A DNA stretch of 64,000 nucleotides from assembly GCA_964530225.1 (NCBI GenBank), contig CAZHBA010000104.1, forward strand, positions 15,178 to 79,177, given 5' to 3'. Within the stretch, counting starts at the first letter, position 1; the number at the start of each line of letters is the position of its first letter. Origin of the DNA: an uncultured Rhodospirillaceae bacterium. Its GTDB lineage: Bacteria; Pseudomonadota; Alphaproteobacteria; UBA6615. Positions 49,192 through 58,922 of this stretch are shown here, piece after piece. The notes under the pieces are model-generated. The model did no database searches. It worked only from the letters and a program-made list of their open reading frames with translations, and was not told the DNA's origin. The position numbers were made by a program, and so were the translations under genes.

Positions 49192-50193
49192 TTAGCCAAT
49201 CTCTGACAGTAGTTCGGAGATTTCTTGTTCGTTCAGAAACTGGCTATTGCGGTCACTCGAATAGGTAAAATCCTCCCCAACGGGTGTTGCGTCCGGCAGA
49301 GGATCGCGCGTACGTGACCAGAATACGAAGGAGGGTTCGATGATGTAGCGGTCGTCAAGCTCGACCGTGTTGCGCGCATCATCGCGCGTGATCATGATTT
49401 CGTGCAGCTTCTCGCCGGGGCGAATTCCCACCACGCGCTGCTCCAGATCGGGCGCGATGGCGCGGGCAAGGTCGGGAATATGCACGCTCGGGATTTTTGG
49501 CACGAAAATTTCGCCGCCTCGCATCATGTCAAGAGAGGCCAGTACGAACTGCACACTCTGGTCGAGCGTAATCAAAAAGCGCGTCATGTTCGGATCGGTG
49601 ATCGGCAGATGGTCGTTGCCGTCCTTGACGAGCTTGCAGAAGAAAGGAACGACGCTACCCCGCGAATTTACGACATTACCATAACGCACCACGGAAAACC
49701 GTGTACCGTCGGTTCCGGCGACATTGTTGGCGGCAATAAAGATTTTGTCCGACGCGAGCTTACTTGCGCCATACAGGTTCACCGGGTTTGCGGCCTTATC
49801 CGTCGACAACGCTACGACCTTCTTCACCCCCGCCCTAATCGCGGCCTGCGCCACATTTTCGGCCCCGATCACATTGGTCTGGATACATTCAAAGGGGTTG
49901 TATTCCGCCAGCGGCACATGCTTTAGCGCGGCAGCATGGATGACATAGTCAATCCCGTGCATCGCGGTCACCAGCCGCTCGCGGTCGCGCACATCGCCAA
50001 TGAAAAGCCGGACCTTGCTTCGTGCCGCTGGATTGAGGCCGAGCTCCAACTCATGGTGCTTGTGTTCGTCGCGGCTGAAAACGACCACTCTGGCCGGGTT
50101 GTGCGTTGCCAGTACCTTTTTCAGAAAATTACTCCCGAAAGAGCCCGTGCCACCGGTGATGAGGACAGACGAATTCTGCAAATTCATCGCCAA
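49192..50193 (-). CDS. pseB: UDP-N-acetylglucosamine 4,6-dehydratase (inverting), PseB/FlaA1 family
   Basis: VLITGGTGSFG, …VRDRERL…IHAAALKHVPLAEYNPFECIQTNVIGAENV…ALSTDKAANPVNLYGASKLASDKIF…TRFSVVRYGNVVNSRGSVVPFF…, near-identical in motif order to Campylobacter/Helicobacter PseB. 333 aa. Confidence 0.85.
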   Translation of the reverse strand: MAMNLQNSSVLITGGTGSFGSNFLKKVLATHNPARVVVFSRDEHKHHELELGLNPAARSKVRLFIGDVRDRERLVTAMHGIDYVIHAAALKHVPLAEYNPFECIQTNVIGAENVAQAAIRAGVKKVVALSTDKAANPVNLYGASKLASDKIFIAANNVAGTDGTRFSVVRYGNVVNSRGSVVPFFCKLVKDGNDHLPITDPNMTRFLITLDQSVQFVLASLDMMRGGEIFVPKIPSVHIPDLARAIAPDLEQRVVGIRPGEKLHEIMITRDDARNTVELDDRYIIEPSFVFWSRTRDPLPDATPVGEDFTYSSDRNSQFLNEQEISELLSEIG

Positions 50194-50746
50194 AAGAACC
50201 CTCTAAAATTCTAGAAAACAGCGTCAGGTCGAAGGTGGAAGCCTTCGCCATCGCCTATTCCGGGCCAAGTAATCTTGGGCCGGGGTGTATCTTAGATAGA
50301 AATTGAAAGACCTGGAGGCGAGACACATCCCCCGTTCGTAAAGCTACCGCACTCCCGCTCCTCTGAACCGAGGGGGAGTGCTTCCGCCGAAAAGGATTGG
50401 TACCACGGGCAAAATCGCACGGCAACTGTGTAGGTGCCACCATGACATATCATAGGTCGTATTTTGAAAGGTGGTCGCACGATTCACCGCTAACGGCGAT
50501 ACACGACGAAACGGATATTCGAGCGCCCTCGCAGCAACGTCCGTCTCTCCCTTGTCAACGGAAAGTCGTTCACGCATGTGTTGCTTGGAATGTTAAAATA
50601 GGAATCCGAGACTATCGCTGTTCGCTTCGTAGAGAGTACCACCGACAGCGCCTTGTTCGCGACCGTCCTGTCATGCTTACCTAAGGCCCACCTTCACGCG
50701 CCACACCCCAAGTAAATGCGGCCAATATCAGCGCCACCAAATCGAG

Positions 50747-51658
50747 TCAGCCCAACGCACAATCAACTAGCCTGTTGTAAACGCCATCCATTTTTTGCTT
50801 TAGGGATGGATCGGCCTTCCCCCAATCAAGCGTGCGATCTTTTTTCGGCTCCCGAATATCGCCCAGAAGGGAATCGGTTTTGGGCCCGAAATTCATACCA
50901 AAAAAATCGCAAATTTTACCGAGATCTGATTTAGCGTCCTGAACAAAGCGATCATAGTCAATTATCAAGTTGAATGTGGCCGCGTCTACCTTGTCATATT
51001 GATGAATGTAAGCAAGGCAGCAACGGTCGATAGGCGTCATAGTTTTCCAGTCGGATTCATATTTCGGCTCCAACCAGAAAGGAAAGTTGAATTTCCTGTC
51101 AGACTTTAGGGGCCATTTTAGCGAGGGGCCAGTGAGCGTGCTGTCGTCAAACCAGCCTTTTATCAAGATCGAGGCCACAACGCTCTCGGGCTGTCGAACA
51201 GTTGCCAGCATTTTCATTTGCGGATAATAGCCGGATAGAGTTCCTGCAAGATGAGTCATTTCAGGAATCTTGAAGGCAATTCGTGACTGTAACGAAGCCT
51301 CCACCAAGTCCCGATGTTTATGAGGTGTACGTTGACGTGCTTCGACGTCCGAAGGCTCTTTCATCGTCAAAATGTGAGTCAAATCCGCTTTATTGAGATT
51401 GAGATTTCTCCCTGCGAGGGCGGGAAGCAAGCAGTCCTCGTACAACGCCGCTTCGAACAGCAATTGCCATTGTTCGCGGGGAAGATCTTCGATCAGGGGA
51501 AGCAATACGTAACACAAAGGGGGTTCGATAAAGATTTCCGTACCGGCGAATGAACCCACAAGCCGGGCCATCATGGTCGTCCCGGTTCTCATCGCACCTG
51601 TCAAAAAAATGGCCTGCGACACCGCTGTGCTCGCTTCGGGAAGAAGGCGAAGTGTCAT
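50747..51658 (-). CDS. Sulfotransferase-family protein
   Basis: 5'-PSB-like PAPS-binding loop IFLTGAMRTGTTMM near the N-terminus. Later …RQPESVVASI… region (3'-PB-like). 303 aa; lower GC than the flanks. Confidence 0.6.
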   Translation of the reverse strand: MTLRLLPEASTAVSQAIFLTGAMRTGTTMMARLVGSFAGTEIFIEPPLCYVLLPLIEDLPREQWQLLFEAALYEDCLLPALAGRNLNLNKADLTHILTMKEPSDVEARQRTPHKHRDLVEASLQSRIAFKIPEMTHLAGTLSGYYPQMKMLATVRQPESVVASILIKGWFDDSTLTGPSLKWPLKSDRKFNFPFWLEPKYESDWKTMTPIDRCCLAYIHQYDKVDAATFNLIIDYDRFVQDAKSDLGKICDFFGMNFGPKTDSLLGDIREPKKDRTLDWGKADPSLKQKMDGVYNRLVDCALG

Positions 51659-51688
51659 GAAATCCGGTGTTCTTCGGTATGGCTAATT

Positions 51689-52876
51689 TCAAACATCACT
51701 GAGTGGCGTATCCTGGAAAAATTTTTGACGTGGCAAATCCCACATCTTGGATTGGGAAAGAATGTCTGTAAACCGCCGGCCGGAATCACCGTCACCAAAT
51801 TCGATGGCGGCGTCGACGCGGTCAGGCAGGGACTGGATGGCCACAAGAATTTCTTCCTTTTTTGCCTCTACGTGAGCAATTGAAGGGCAGAAACTACGAT
51901 TTCTCTGTCGGGTTCCTATGTTGATGCTGGGTACACCAAACACCGGAGCTTCGCGGACACCAGAACTGGAATTTCCAATAATGAAGCGTGCATTTTTCAT
52001 CAGGGTGAGAAAATATTTGAAACGGATAGAGGGATAAAGAACGACATTATCTTTTGCCGCAAATCGCTCGAGTGTTTCAACGAGGGTTTCTGCACCGATA
52101 TCATTGTTAGGCCGTATGGCAATAACATTGCCGCCATGTTCGTCTAGTGCCGATAGGACCTCCTCGAACTGCTGCCCAATATTTCCGGTCTCGGTCGTAA
52201 CCGGATGGAACAACAGAATAGAATAATTCGTGAAGGACAAATCGTAGTGTTGTTGAACCTCCGAAAGCGAGGGCAGGTTTTCACTTTTCATCAGATCGAC
52301 TTCGGGAGAACCAATCACGAAAATGGTTTGTTCTGCTTCACCCAGCTGCAAAATTCTCGTCCGGGAATCCCGATTGGCTACAAAATGAATGTGGGAAAAT
52401 TTGGTCACCGCATGTCGAATTGACTCGTCGATGGTTCCGGAGACTTCGCCACCTTCGATATGCGCCACCCGCGTATTATTCATAGCGCCGGCAATAGCTC
52501 CCGCCAGGGTTTCGACCCGGTCTCCATGAACTACAAGCATGTCCGGTTTCCGCTCATTCAGGTAATGGCTCATGGGGACAATGGTGTTGGCCAGAACGAC
52601 ATCCATTTTTGACGACGTCGATGATTCCTGATTGAAAATCGGGAAGACCACCTTGTGCCCCGATTTATGAATTTCATTTATAGTATAACCGTGGCTCTCC
52701 AGCATGTGCATACCGGTGGCGATAATCTCGATTTCAAAGCTTTCAGTCGCCTCAAGGCTCTCAATCAAGGTTTGCATCTTGCCGTAGTCGGCACGGGTTC
52801 CCGTAAGGAACGCCACTCTCTTTACACGGTCTGGCTGCTCACTAGTCACTGACACAATTCCAGGATAATTGTTCAT
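51689..52876 (-). CDS. neuC: UDP-N-acetylglucosamine 2-epimerase (hydrolysing), NeuC/LegG family (start uncertain: ATG 52942/52876 or GTG 52816)
   Basis: …VAFLTGTRADYGKM…, …VHGDRVETLAGAIAGAMNNTRVAHIEGGEVSG… and …HPVTTE…, the hallmark NeuC (epimerase_2, hydrolysing) motifs. Confidence 0.75.
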   Translation of the reverse strand: MNNYPGIVSVTSEQPDRVKRVAFLTGTRADYGKMQTLIESLEATESFEIEIIATGMHMLESHGYTINEIHKSGHKVVFPIFNQESSTSSKMDVVLANTIVPMSHYLNERKPDMLVVHGDRVETLAGAIAGAMNNTRVAHIEGGEVSGTIDESIRHAVTKFSHIHFVANRDSRTRILQLGEAEQTIFVIGSPEVDLMKSENLPSLSEVQQHYDLSFTNYSILLFHPVTTETGNIGQQFEEVLSALDEHGGNVIAIRPNNDIGAETLVETLERFAAKDNVVLYPSIRFKYFLTLMKNARFIIGNSSSGVREAPVFGVPSINIGTRQRNRSFCPSIAHVEAKKEEILVAIQSLPDRVDAAIEFGDGDSGRRFTDILSQSKMWDLPRQKFFQDTPLSDV

Positions 52877-53891
52877 GTTCTTCAAGATCGCGCGTGGCGG
52901 TCTTTCCCACAACGGCCTCGTATTCATTTGCCAGAATTTCACCTGTCCCTGGACGCTTTACCCAGACGTTTTCACGCGTGAATTTATCGCCTTTGGTAAT
53001 TGCCCTTGTTGCGACGACACAGGCATAAGCGAACGCAATCGTCGGAGCTTCGTCTTCGAGAATATCCTTGGAGCCACCCCGCGCTTCAAATATCGCCCGG
53101 CTCCCCTTGACCAGGTCTGCAAGCTCAGGAGGCGACATTGAAATCGAAATGTCGGGGCCCGGCCATGACTTGTCTGAAGTGAAATGACGCTCAACAGCAA
53201 CGGCCCCCAAAGCCACGGCGGCCAGCGCAGCATAATTATCCAGAGTATGATCGCTTAACCCAATCATTTCAGTTTGAAACCGGTTCTTCATATCCTGCAT
53301 GGCGCCCAGCCTGACAGCCGAATAGGGCGTTGGATAAATGGACGTACAATGCAAAAGTAGAAGCGGTATATCGGCGGCGCGGATTATATCCACCGAGCGT
53401 TCAATGGAAGCGAGGTCGTTCATGCCGGTACTGAGAATAACCGGCCTTCCGAATGACGCTATATGTTCGACAAGGGGATAGTTATTGCATTCTCCAGAAC
53501 CGATCTTATACGCCCCGACATTCATTCCCCTGAGTTCATCGGCAGCCGCGCGGGAAAATGGCGTAGACAAATAGACCATACCCTTTTCTTCGGTATATCG
53601 CTTGAGCAAAATATCTTCGTCCAGGGTTAATGCGCAGCGCCCCATGATGTCCCAGATGCTTTCCTTGGCATTGCCTGGAATGACCTCGTTGGGGATCATT
53701 TCATCTTCAATAACATGGCGTTGAAATTTGACGCATTCACAGCCTGTAGCCGCCGCGTCATCGATCATCTGGTGAGCTTTCTCTATCGAACCCTCGTGAT
53801 TGATGCCGATCTCGGCAATGATCAACGGCAGCTGATTCGACCCAACCTCACGGTCGCCGAGAAAAAAGGGTTTATCTGTATTTACAGTCAT
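52842..53891 (-). CDS. neuB: NeuB-family N-acylneuraminate/legionaminate synthase
   Basis: From ATG 53891 (MTVNTDKPFFLGDREVGSNQLPLIIAEIGINHEGS). …VILSTGMND…, …LLHCTSIYPTP…, …GLSDHTLDN… and a C-terminal SAF domain. ATGA overlap with neuA upstream. Confidence 0.8.
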   Translation of the reverse strand: MTVNTDKPFFLGDREVGSNQLPLIIAEIGINHEGSIEKAHQMIDDAAATGCECVKFQRHVIEDEMIPNEVIPGNAKESIWDIMGRCALTLDEDILLKRYTEEKGMVYLSTPFSRAAADELRGMNVGAYKIGSGECNNYPLVEHIASFGRPVILSTGMNDLASIERSVDIIRAADIPLLLLHCTSIYPTPYSAVRLGAMQDMKNRFQTEMIGLSDHTLDNYAALAAVALGAVAVERHFTSDKSWPGPDISISMSPPELADLVKGSRAIFEARGGSKDILEDEAPTIAFAYACVVATRAITKGDKFTRENVWVKRPGTGEILANEYEAVVGKTATRDLEEHEQLSWNCVSD

Positions 53892-54628
53892 GGGTTCTTG
53901 TCCAGAAACGGAAGTTTTACGTATCCCCCGATCAGCAAGAATTCTCCCAGAGGAAATTCTAGCGGGCCATCGGCATCGAATCCCCAAATGGTGTCAACTA
54001 GAATTGGCAGGGACGGGTTTGCAAATACGAAGTCCTGTTCGAGGCAAGGTAGGGCGCGCAATACGATTACGTTTCCAAAAAGAAAGTGCTTTTGCTTTTT
54101 CTGTTTATTGTAGTTTTCGCGGATCAACTCCGGTTCCGAAAAACGCACATACCCTTCTTCTATCACCCGTTGGTTCATTGCGTGGAGTTGATGCGGGCAA
54201 TCGGTCACAGTCTGCGACGACCCCGCCTGAGAGTCTTTCTTCAAGACCGCAATGCAGTCGGTTATATGCTGCGGCAGTATGAACGGCGACGTCGGCTGAA
54301 GAAAGGCGATGTATTCCGGGATCACCCCCTCGCGGTCCTGTACCGTTTCCAGAAAATCGCGAAACACATCCATGACAGGGGTCATGTCACCGCCCAAGGC
54401 GTCCGGACGACCAATTGTTTCGATTTGCAGTTTCTCGCAATTTTCTCTGATTTCCCTGGAGTCGGTGCTACAAATTATTCGTGTGACGTCAGAACATGCC
54501 TTCGCTGCCAGTACACAGTAATCCATCAACGGCCGGCCAGCGAAAGGATGGATGTTTTTCAACGGGATGCTCTTGGAGCCGCCACGGGCGGGGACAAACC
54601 CCCAACACTCGCCTTTTTTGACATTCAT
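53888..54628 (-). CDS. neuA: N-acylneuraminate cytidylyltransferase (CMP-nonulosonic acid synthetase)
   Basis: GFVPARGGSKSIPLKN… and …IAFLQPTSPF… (CTP_transf_3). 246 aa. Confidence 0.75.
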   Translation of the reverse strand: MNVKKGECWGFVPARGGSKSIPLKNIHPFAGRPLMDYCVLAAKACSDVTRIICSTDSREIRENCEKLQIETIGRPDALGGDMTPVMDVFRDFLETVQDREGVIPEYIAFLQPTSPFILPQHITDCIAVLKKDSQAGSSQTVTDCPHQLHAMNQRVIEEGYVRFSEPELIRENYNKQKKQKHFLFGNVIVLRALPCLEQDFVFANPSLPILVDTIWGFDADGPLEFPLGEFLLIGGYVKLPFLDKNP

Positions 54629-54668
54629 AAGATCGCGCCCGCTTTAACTGAAAAAATTCGTCTGAGCA

Positions 54669-56033
54669 TCATGGTCTTGCTTCCTGAACAAGATGCTCAA
54701 TCCGGTCACAATAGGTACCGGTTGCTGAACTGGTAATACTGGAAACGTATTTTTCGAAAATCGCTCGTCTTTGCAACCCAACTTCATCAGGCACGACAGG
54801 GTTCCTCAAACAATCAAGATAAAGATTTTTCAGCGCGACCCTGTCTTCCGCGATATCGAAAAGATCAAACTCATCCTCCAGCATAATATTGCCTTTATAT
54901 GCCGGCGCCCTCATCTCTTTCGTAAACGGGATAATGACGCGTTTGTTCGCAATGGCGGCCTCAAGGAGCACGGTTGAGCCATAGCCACAAACAACTGTGG
55001 ACTGAAGAATAAGTCTTTGTGAATCGGCATCGGGTTCGATCGTCAAGTTTGGCAACTCGTCAAGATCAAAATTGGCTAAGGTCAGGGTCTCGACAATTCT
55101 AGTTTTCCAAGACCCTCCCCATTTTGGCTTAATAACAAACCGCACCTCCGGATTTTCAGAAGCCAGCTCGGCAACGACCACGTGACACATGTCGAATGTC
55201 TCAAAAAAGCCGATCTCCCTTGATGCGGGAAACGGTTGGGGACCACCAAAAAGAAGACCAAGCCCAACACCGGGAGCGAAAGAAAAAAACGTCACCAGGG
55301 GCGGGACTTCCCGATCAACGATGTGGTTTTCGATTGAGTCGATGTAGTCATCCATCCTCATGCAACCGAGGGCCTCGACATTTGCGGGAGCTACGTATCC
55401 GGATGCGCAGAATGCCCGCTGAACCAATGGATTATGGACAATGAGGTGCGTCCCGTGAAATTTGCCAAGCGAGGAGGACCAATCCACAAATCTCTTCTGC
55501 AATGCACTGCTAACGACCAAGTTTTCCTTATGCAATGTCACCGCCGGTGTGCCAATCTCATGAGAAATTGCGGCCCAATCGTAATCCTGCGGATAATCAA
55601 CGCAGGCATTAACAACGCAATCAACACGTAACGCCTTAAACAGATTCGGCAGGAAATTTCGGAGGAAATTTCGGTACTGCTTCTGGCCATGTTCAAAGCG
55701 TTCGTCTTCATAAGGACGAAATACCGTCCTGCGTTCGACACCCCTTGGATAGAACTGACTGTACATAATACCCAGCCATTTGAATCTAAGGGCCAGGACC
55801 CTGAATCTGCCAGTACTAGACAGCAGTTCCAGGTCTTGTCTGAAGCGGTCGCTAGTCAGAGCTAGAATTGTTATCTGTGGGTCGCCAGGAGACTTAATCT
55901 CTTCAATAATTCGGCGGAAAAGCAAAACCACTGGCCAGGAAACGCCAAGGCGTACCAACACACGGAATAGCAGCTTCAGCGGCAAACGGAAAAAACCAAC
56001 GTCGGTCGCTAAAGAAATCAGTCGGTCTCGCAT
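54669..56033 (-). CDS. Membrane-anchored TagF/Capsule_synth-like GT-B protein (paralog A); candidate nonulosonic-acid/polymer transferase
   Basis: N-terminal TM helix (VLVRLGVSWPVVLLF). C-terminal …RFVIKPKWGG… / …LILQSTVVCGYGSTVLLEAAIANKRVIIP… resembles the KPHP…TDYSS motifs of the TagF/KpsS-type fold. Shares ILAL(T/S)…DLE(L/A)L, GCMRMD and RA(I/V)FEKYV blocks with the 56848-58197 gene. Confidence 0.45.
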   Translation of the reverse strand: MRDRLISLATDVGFFRLPLKLLFRVLVRLGVSWPVVLLFRRIIEEIKSPGDPQITILALTSDRFRQDLELLSSTGRFRVLALRFKWLGIMYSQFYPRGVERRTVFRPYEDERFEHGQKQYRNFLRNFLPNLFKALRVDCVVNACVDYPQDYDWAAISHEIGTPAVTLHKENLVVSSALQKRFVDWSSSLGKFHGTHLIVHNPLVQRAFCASGYVAPANVEALGCMRMDDYIDSIENHIVDREVPPLVTFFSFAPGVGLGLLFGGPQPFPASREIGFFETFDMCHVVVAELASENPEVRFVIKPKWGGSWKTRIVETLTLANFDLDELPNLTIEPDADSQRLILQSTVVCGYGSTVLLEAAIANKRVIIPFTKEMRAPAYKGNIMLEDEFDLFDIAEDRVALKNLYLDCLRNPVVPDEVGLQRRAIFEKYVSSITSSATGTYCDRIEHLVQEARP

Positions 56034-56061
56034 AACGTCCAGTTTTGTAGATCACTCAAGA

Positions 56062-56796
56062 TTAGTGGCCCCGCTCGACAATATCTGACAGTTTCCACAA
56101 CCCTAGACACTTTCCTTTGTGCCGTTCGTGGCTATTGTCCAGCTCTTCATCGATAATTTTTAGCGGCTCCGGGAAATTGAATGGTGGCAAAGTCATGTTC
56201 AATGGCCGCCACATGCCCGTAACAATGTCTTCATTCTTCTCGATCGGTGGGAATGTTGTTGCCAGCAAATAGGTGGAATCACTGCAGACAAAATTTTTAA
56301 TTGCCGCCTTGATGTCCCTGTTCGACAAATGAACCAGTGCATCCCTACACAGCAGGAGGTCTCCGGTTGGCGGCACTGTTTGGCAGAAGTCCATTACCAG
56401 AAATTCTCGATTATTGTTCCCGAACTTCTCGCGATTAGCTTCAATCAGGGGCTCAACAATATCGCATCCAATATAGCGACAATCCTGGATATCAATATCC
56501 TGCATCCAGAAAAAGTCGCCACAGGGCACATCGAGAAGGGTTTTAATATCGAGCTCTGCCAAGATTGCAGGCAAAGTTTCCCGTATAGCTCTTGGCCCAT
56601 TCAGACCAGACCCAGCACCAGAGCGTGAATGCGTGTTGCTCCATCGATTGGTGTGAAAATACTCCGAGAAAATTACCTGACGATCCATTGACGCCAGGCG
56701 ACGCCTTCTGAGCTTCCTCAGAAGGCGAGCCTTCAACATTGCAAGCCGGGAAATTGGTGGAAACGCCCAAACTAATTTCTGTCGGATAGTTGTCAT
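56062..56796 (-). CDS. Class I SAM-dependent methyltransferase
   Basis: Motif I LLDVPCGDFFWM and downstream acidic motif II (…YIGCDIVE…). 244 aa. Confidence 0.6.
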   Translation of the reverse strand: MTTIRQKLVWAFPPISRLAMLKARLLRKLRRRRLASMDRQVIFSEYFHTNRWSNTHSRSGAGSGLNGPRAIRETLPAILAELDIKTLLDVPCGDFFWMQDIDIQDCRYIGCDIVEPLIEANREKFGNNNREFLVMDFCQTVPPTGDLLLCRDALVHLSNRDIKAAIKNFVCSDSTYLLATTFPPIEKNEDIVTGMWRPLNMTLPPFNFPEPLKIIDEELDNSHERHKGKCLGLWKLSDIVERGH

Positions 56797-56847
56797 GCCG
56801 GTTCAATTCGGTTTTTCCATGGATTGGGCATCAACAAGCCCGTGAAC

Positions 56848-58197
56848 CTAAACGGAAACAGCCTCCACTCTGGCACCCTGCATTAAATCGATTGTTTGCT
56901 GCCTTTCTCGGGACAGCTTGCGGAAAAAGTCGACATAACGCCGTACGGCGTTGCCGTCCAAGGCAGTAACGTATTTTTCAAACACGGCACGCCGACCCGG
57001 CATCAACTCGTTATCCACCAACGGATTTTCCATACGCAGCGACAGCAATCTTTCGAGCGCCTGTCCGTCCTTGGCGACGTCAAAATACTGGTGGGCGTCG
57101 CGGAAGCGGACGGTCCCGCGGATCGATTGCTGGTCGAACACCGTGAAAACCGGCACGATAACCGGTTTCCCAGCGACACCGGCTTCCAGCAGCGTCGTCG
57201 TGTTCATGCCAAGAATGACATCACTGACCCGGATCGCTTCATGCGCGTCGAGCTGGGCGTTGAACTCCACATTCCCAACCTGCTCCAAATTCAGTCCGGA
57301 TCCGACCAGCGCCTTTTCGACTACGGCCCGCTCATAATTAAGCTGCTTTAGCTTGGGTTTAATGATGAGCCGGTAATTCGGATTGCGAGCGAAAAACCTG
57401 ATGAGTGAGCAGTAGAGTTCTTGAAAATAGGCGTCCGTCTCTTCGGGGCTGGCAACATGTTGAGCGGTCGTGAAGAAGGTCGCGGTCCCTCCATTCGGGG
57501 TTTGGTTAAATGCGCCGGCTTCGATTTCGCGCAAAAAACTATCCATCCGCATACACCCCATCGCCCATGTCTGATCATCGCGCGAATACCCCTCCGCAAC
57601 GCAAAAATCCCGTGCCGAGGTGGTGTGAACCAGGAAGTGGTCGCCCTGAAAACGGCCTAACCTTTCGAAGAAAATCCGCATTTGGCTCTTAATTTTATTC
57701 GATGAAGTTAACAAGCCCTCGCGGAAAATCGTACAATAGGGCACGTTCAGGGCCATCGTAGCGCGGCCTAAATCAATATCCGCCGGCGTGCGGATGTGAA
57801 ACGAGATCACGCTATCGCAGGGCCGTAATCGGAAATAACTTTGCAGCACCCGTCCGTAGAACTTTATTAGCCTCTGTTTGGCTTTCTCGAAGCGGCTACC
57901 GGGAGCGGGGTTCATCACGTCACGATTACGGAACCGGGATCCGTAGAAGGCAAGAACCAACGCGGTTTGCCACCAGACCGGAAACAGATAAACCTCTACC
58001 TCGCCACTGTCGGCAAGCGCCTCAAGATCGCCACGGAATCCAAAATGCGACAAGGCGAGAATCCGCAAAGGCTCCGGCGAACGCATGGGAACGGAACTGG
58101 GCTTACGTACAGTACGCCAAGCAAGAAAGCGCGCCCAAACCAGCGCGGGTAACAAAGTCACGGCGAGACGCAAGACAAATCGAAGAATTAATGTCAT
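56848..58197 (-). CDS. Membrane-anchored TagF/Capsule_synth-like GT-B protein (paralog B)
   Basis: ATG 58197 (MTLILRFVLRLAVTLLPALVW) gives an ATGA overlap with the upstream cytidylyltransferase stop. The longer ORF-track start 58341 would overlap that gene by 148 nt. Paralog of 54669-56033. Confidence 0.45.
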   Translation of the reverse strand: MTLILRFVLRLAVTLLPALVWARFLAWRTVRKPSSVPMRSPEPLRILALSHFGFRGDLEALADSGEVEVYLFPVWWQTALVLAFYGSRFRNRDVMNPAPGSRFEKAKQRLIKFYGRVLQSYFRLRPCDSVISFHIRTPADIDLGRATMALNVPYCTIFREGLLTSSNKIKSQMRIFFERLGRFQGDHFLVHTTSARDFCVAEGYSRDDQTWAMGCMRMDSFLREIEAGAFNQTPNGGTATFFTTAQHVASPEETDAYFQELYCSLIRFFARNPNYRLIIKPKLKQLNYERAVVEKALVGSGLNLEQVGNVEFNAQLDAHEAIRVSDVILGMNTTTLLEAGVAGKPVIVPVFTVFDQQSIRGTVRFRDAHQYFDVAKDGQALERLLSLRMENPLVDNELMPGRRAVFEKYVTALDGNAVRRYVDFFRKLSRERQQTIDLMQGARVEAVSV

Positions 58198-58916
58198 CGC
58201 GACGGGCCAGTTGATGTTTCTTGCGATAGAAAGAATTCGGCCAACAACAGATCGAACGCCGTATCGATATTGGCCTGCACGCCTTCCAGAATTACGGCCC
58301 CGGCCCGGTTCCCCAGAAGCGATCTCTGCTCGGCCAGGCATTCCCGAGTGAAAACATATGCTACGCCGTTACGATGATAGATCGGCACGAGCTGCTGACG
58401 GGCGATAATGGTTGCACCGTCAGGATCGTAGTAGCCGAGACCCGATTCCGAGACCACAAGCTGCTTGAGAGGGTGCGCTTTTGAATCCGTTTCAGAAACG
58501 GTCCAGACGGCGTCGAGCTCTTCCTCGACGAGCTTTCGTACGGCGGACGTTACGTCCTCGGCCTGCCGCAAGGGCGAGGTCGGCTGCAACATGACGACAA
58601 TGTCGTATCGTTTACCGTCAAGTTGCTCCATGCTTTGCAGGGCGTGCATAAGCACGTCGACGTCGCCGATCCGGTCGCCGGAAAGGAATTCTGGCCGGCG
58701 GAAGGGCGCGGCAATGCCGGCCGCCTCAGCGACCCGAGCAATCTCCTCGTGATCGGTGGAAACCACCGCGCAATCAACCCAGGAGAGCTCGCGTAGTACG
58801 TCGCCCACCCGGGCGACCAGCGGCTTGCCACCAATCTCCCGGAGATTTTTCAAGGGAATACCCTTGCTTCCGCCACGCGCCGGAACAACCACAAGACAAG
58901 TTTTGCCGGCAAACAT
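58194..58916 (-). CDS. Acylneuraminate cytidylyltransferase-family protein (PseF-like CMP-pseudaminic acid synthetase candidate)
   Basis: LVVVPARGGSKGIPLKNL…VVSTD…VMLQPTSPLR. 240 aa. This is the second free-standing CTP_transf_3 gene in the locus. Confidence 0.7.
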   Translation of the reverse strand: MFAGKTCLVVVPARGGSKGIPLKNLREIGGKPLVARVGDVLRELSWVDCAVVSTDHEEIARVAEAAGIAAPFRRPEFLSGDRIGDVDVLMHALQSMEQLDGKRYDIVVMLQPTSPLRQAEDVTSAVRKLVEEELDAVWTVSETDSKAHPLKQLVVSESGLGYYDPDGATIIARQQLVPIYHRNGVAYVFTRECLAEQRSLLGNRAGAVILEGVQANIDTAFDLLLAEFFLSQETSTGPSR

Positions 58917-58922
58917 TTCTCG

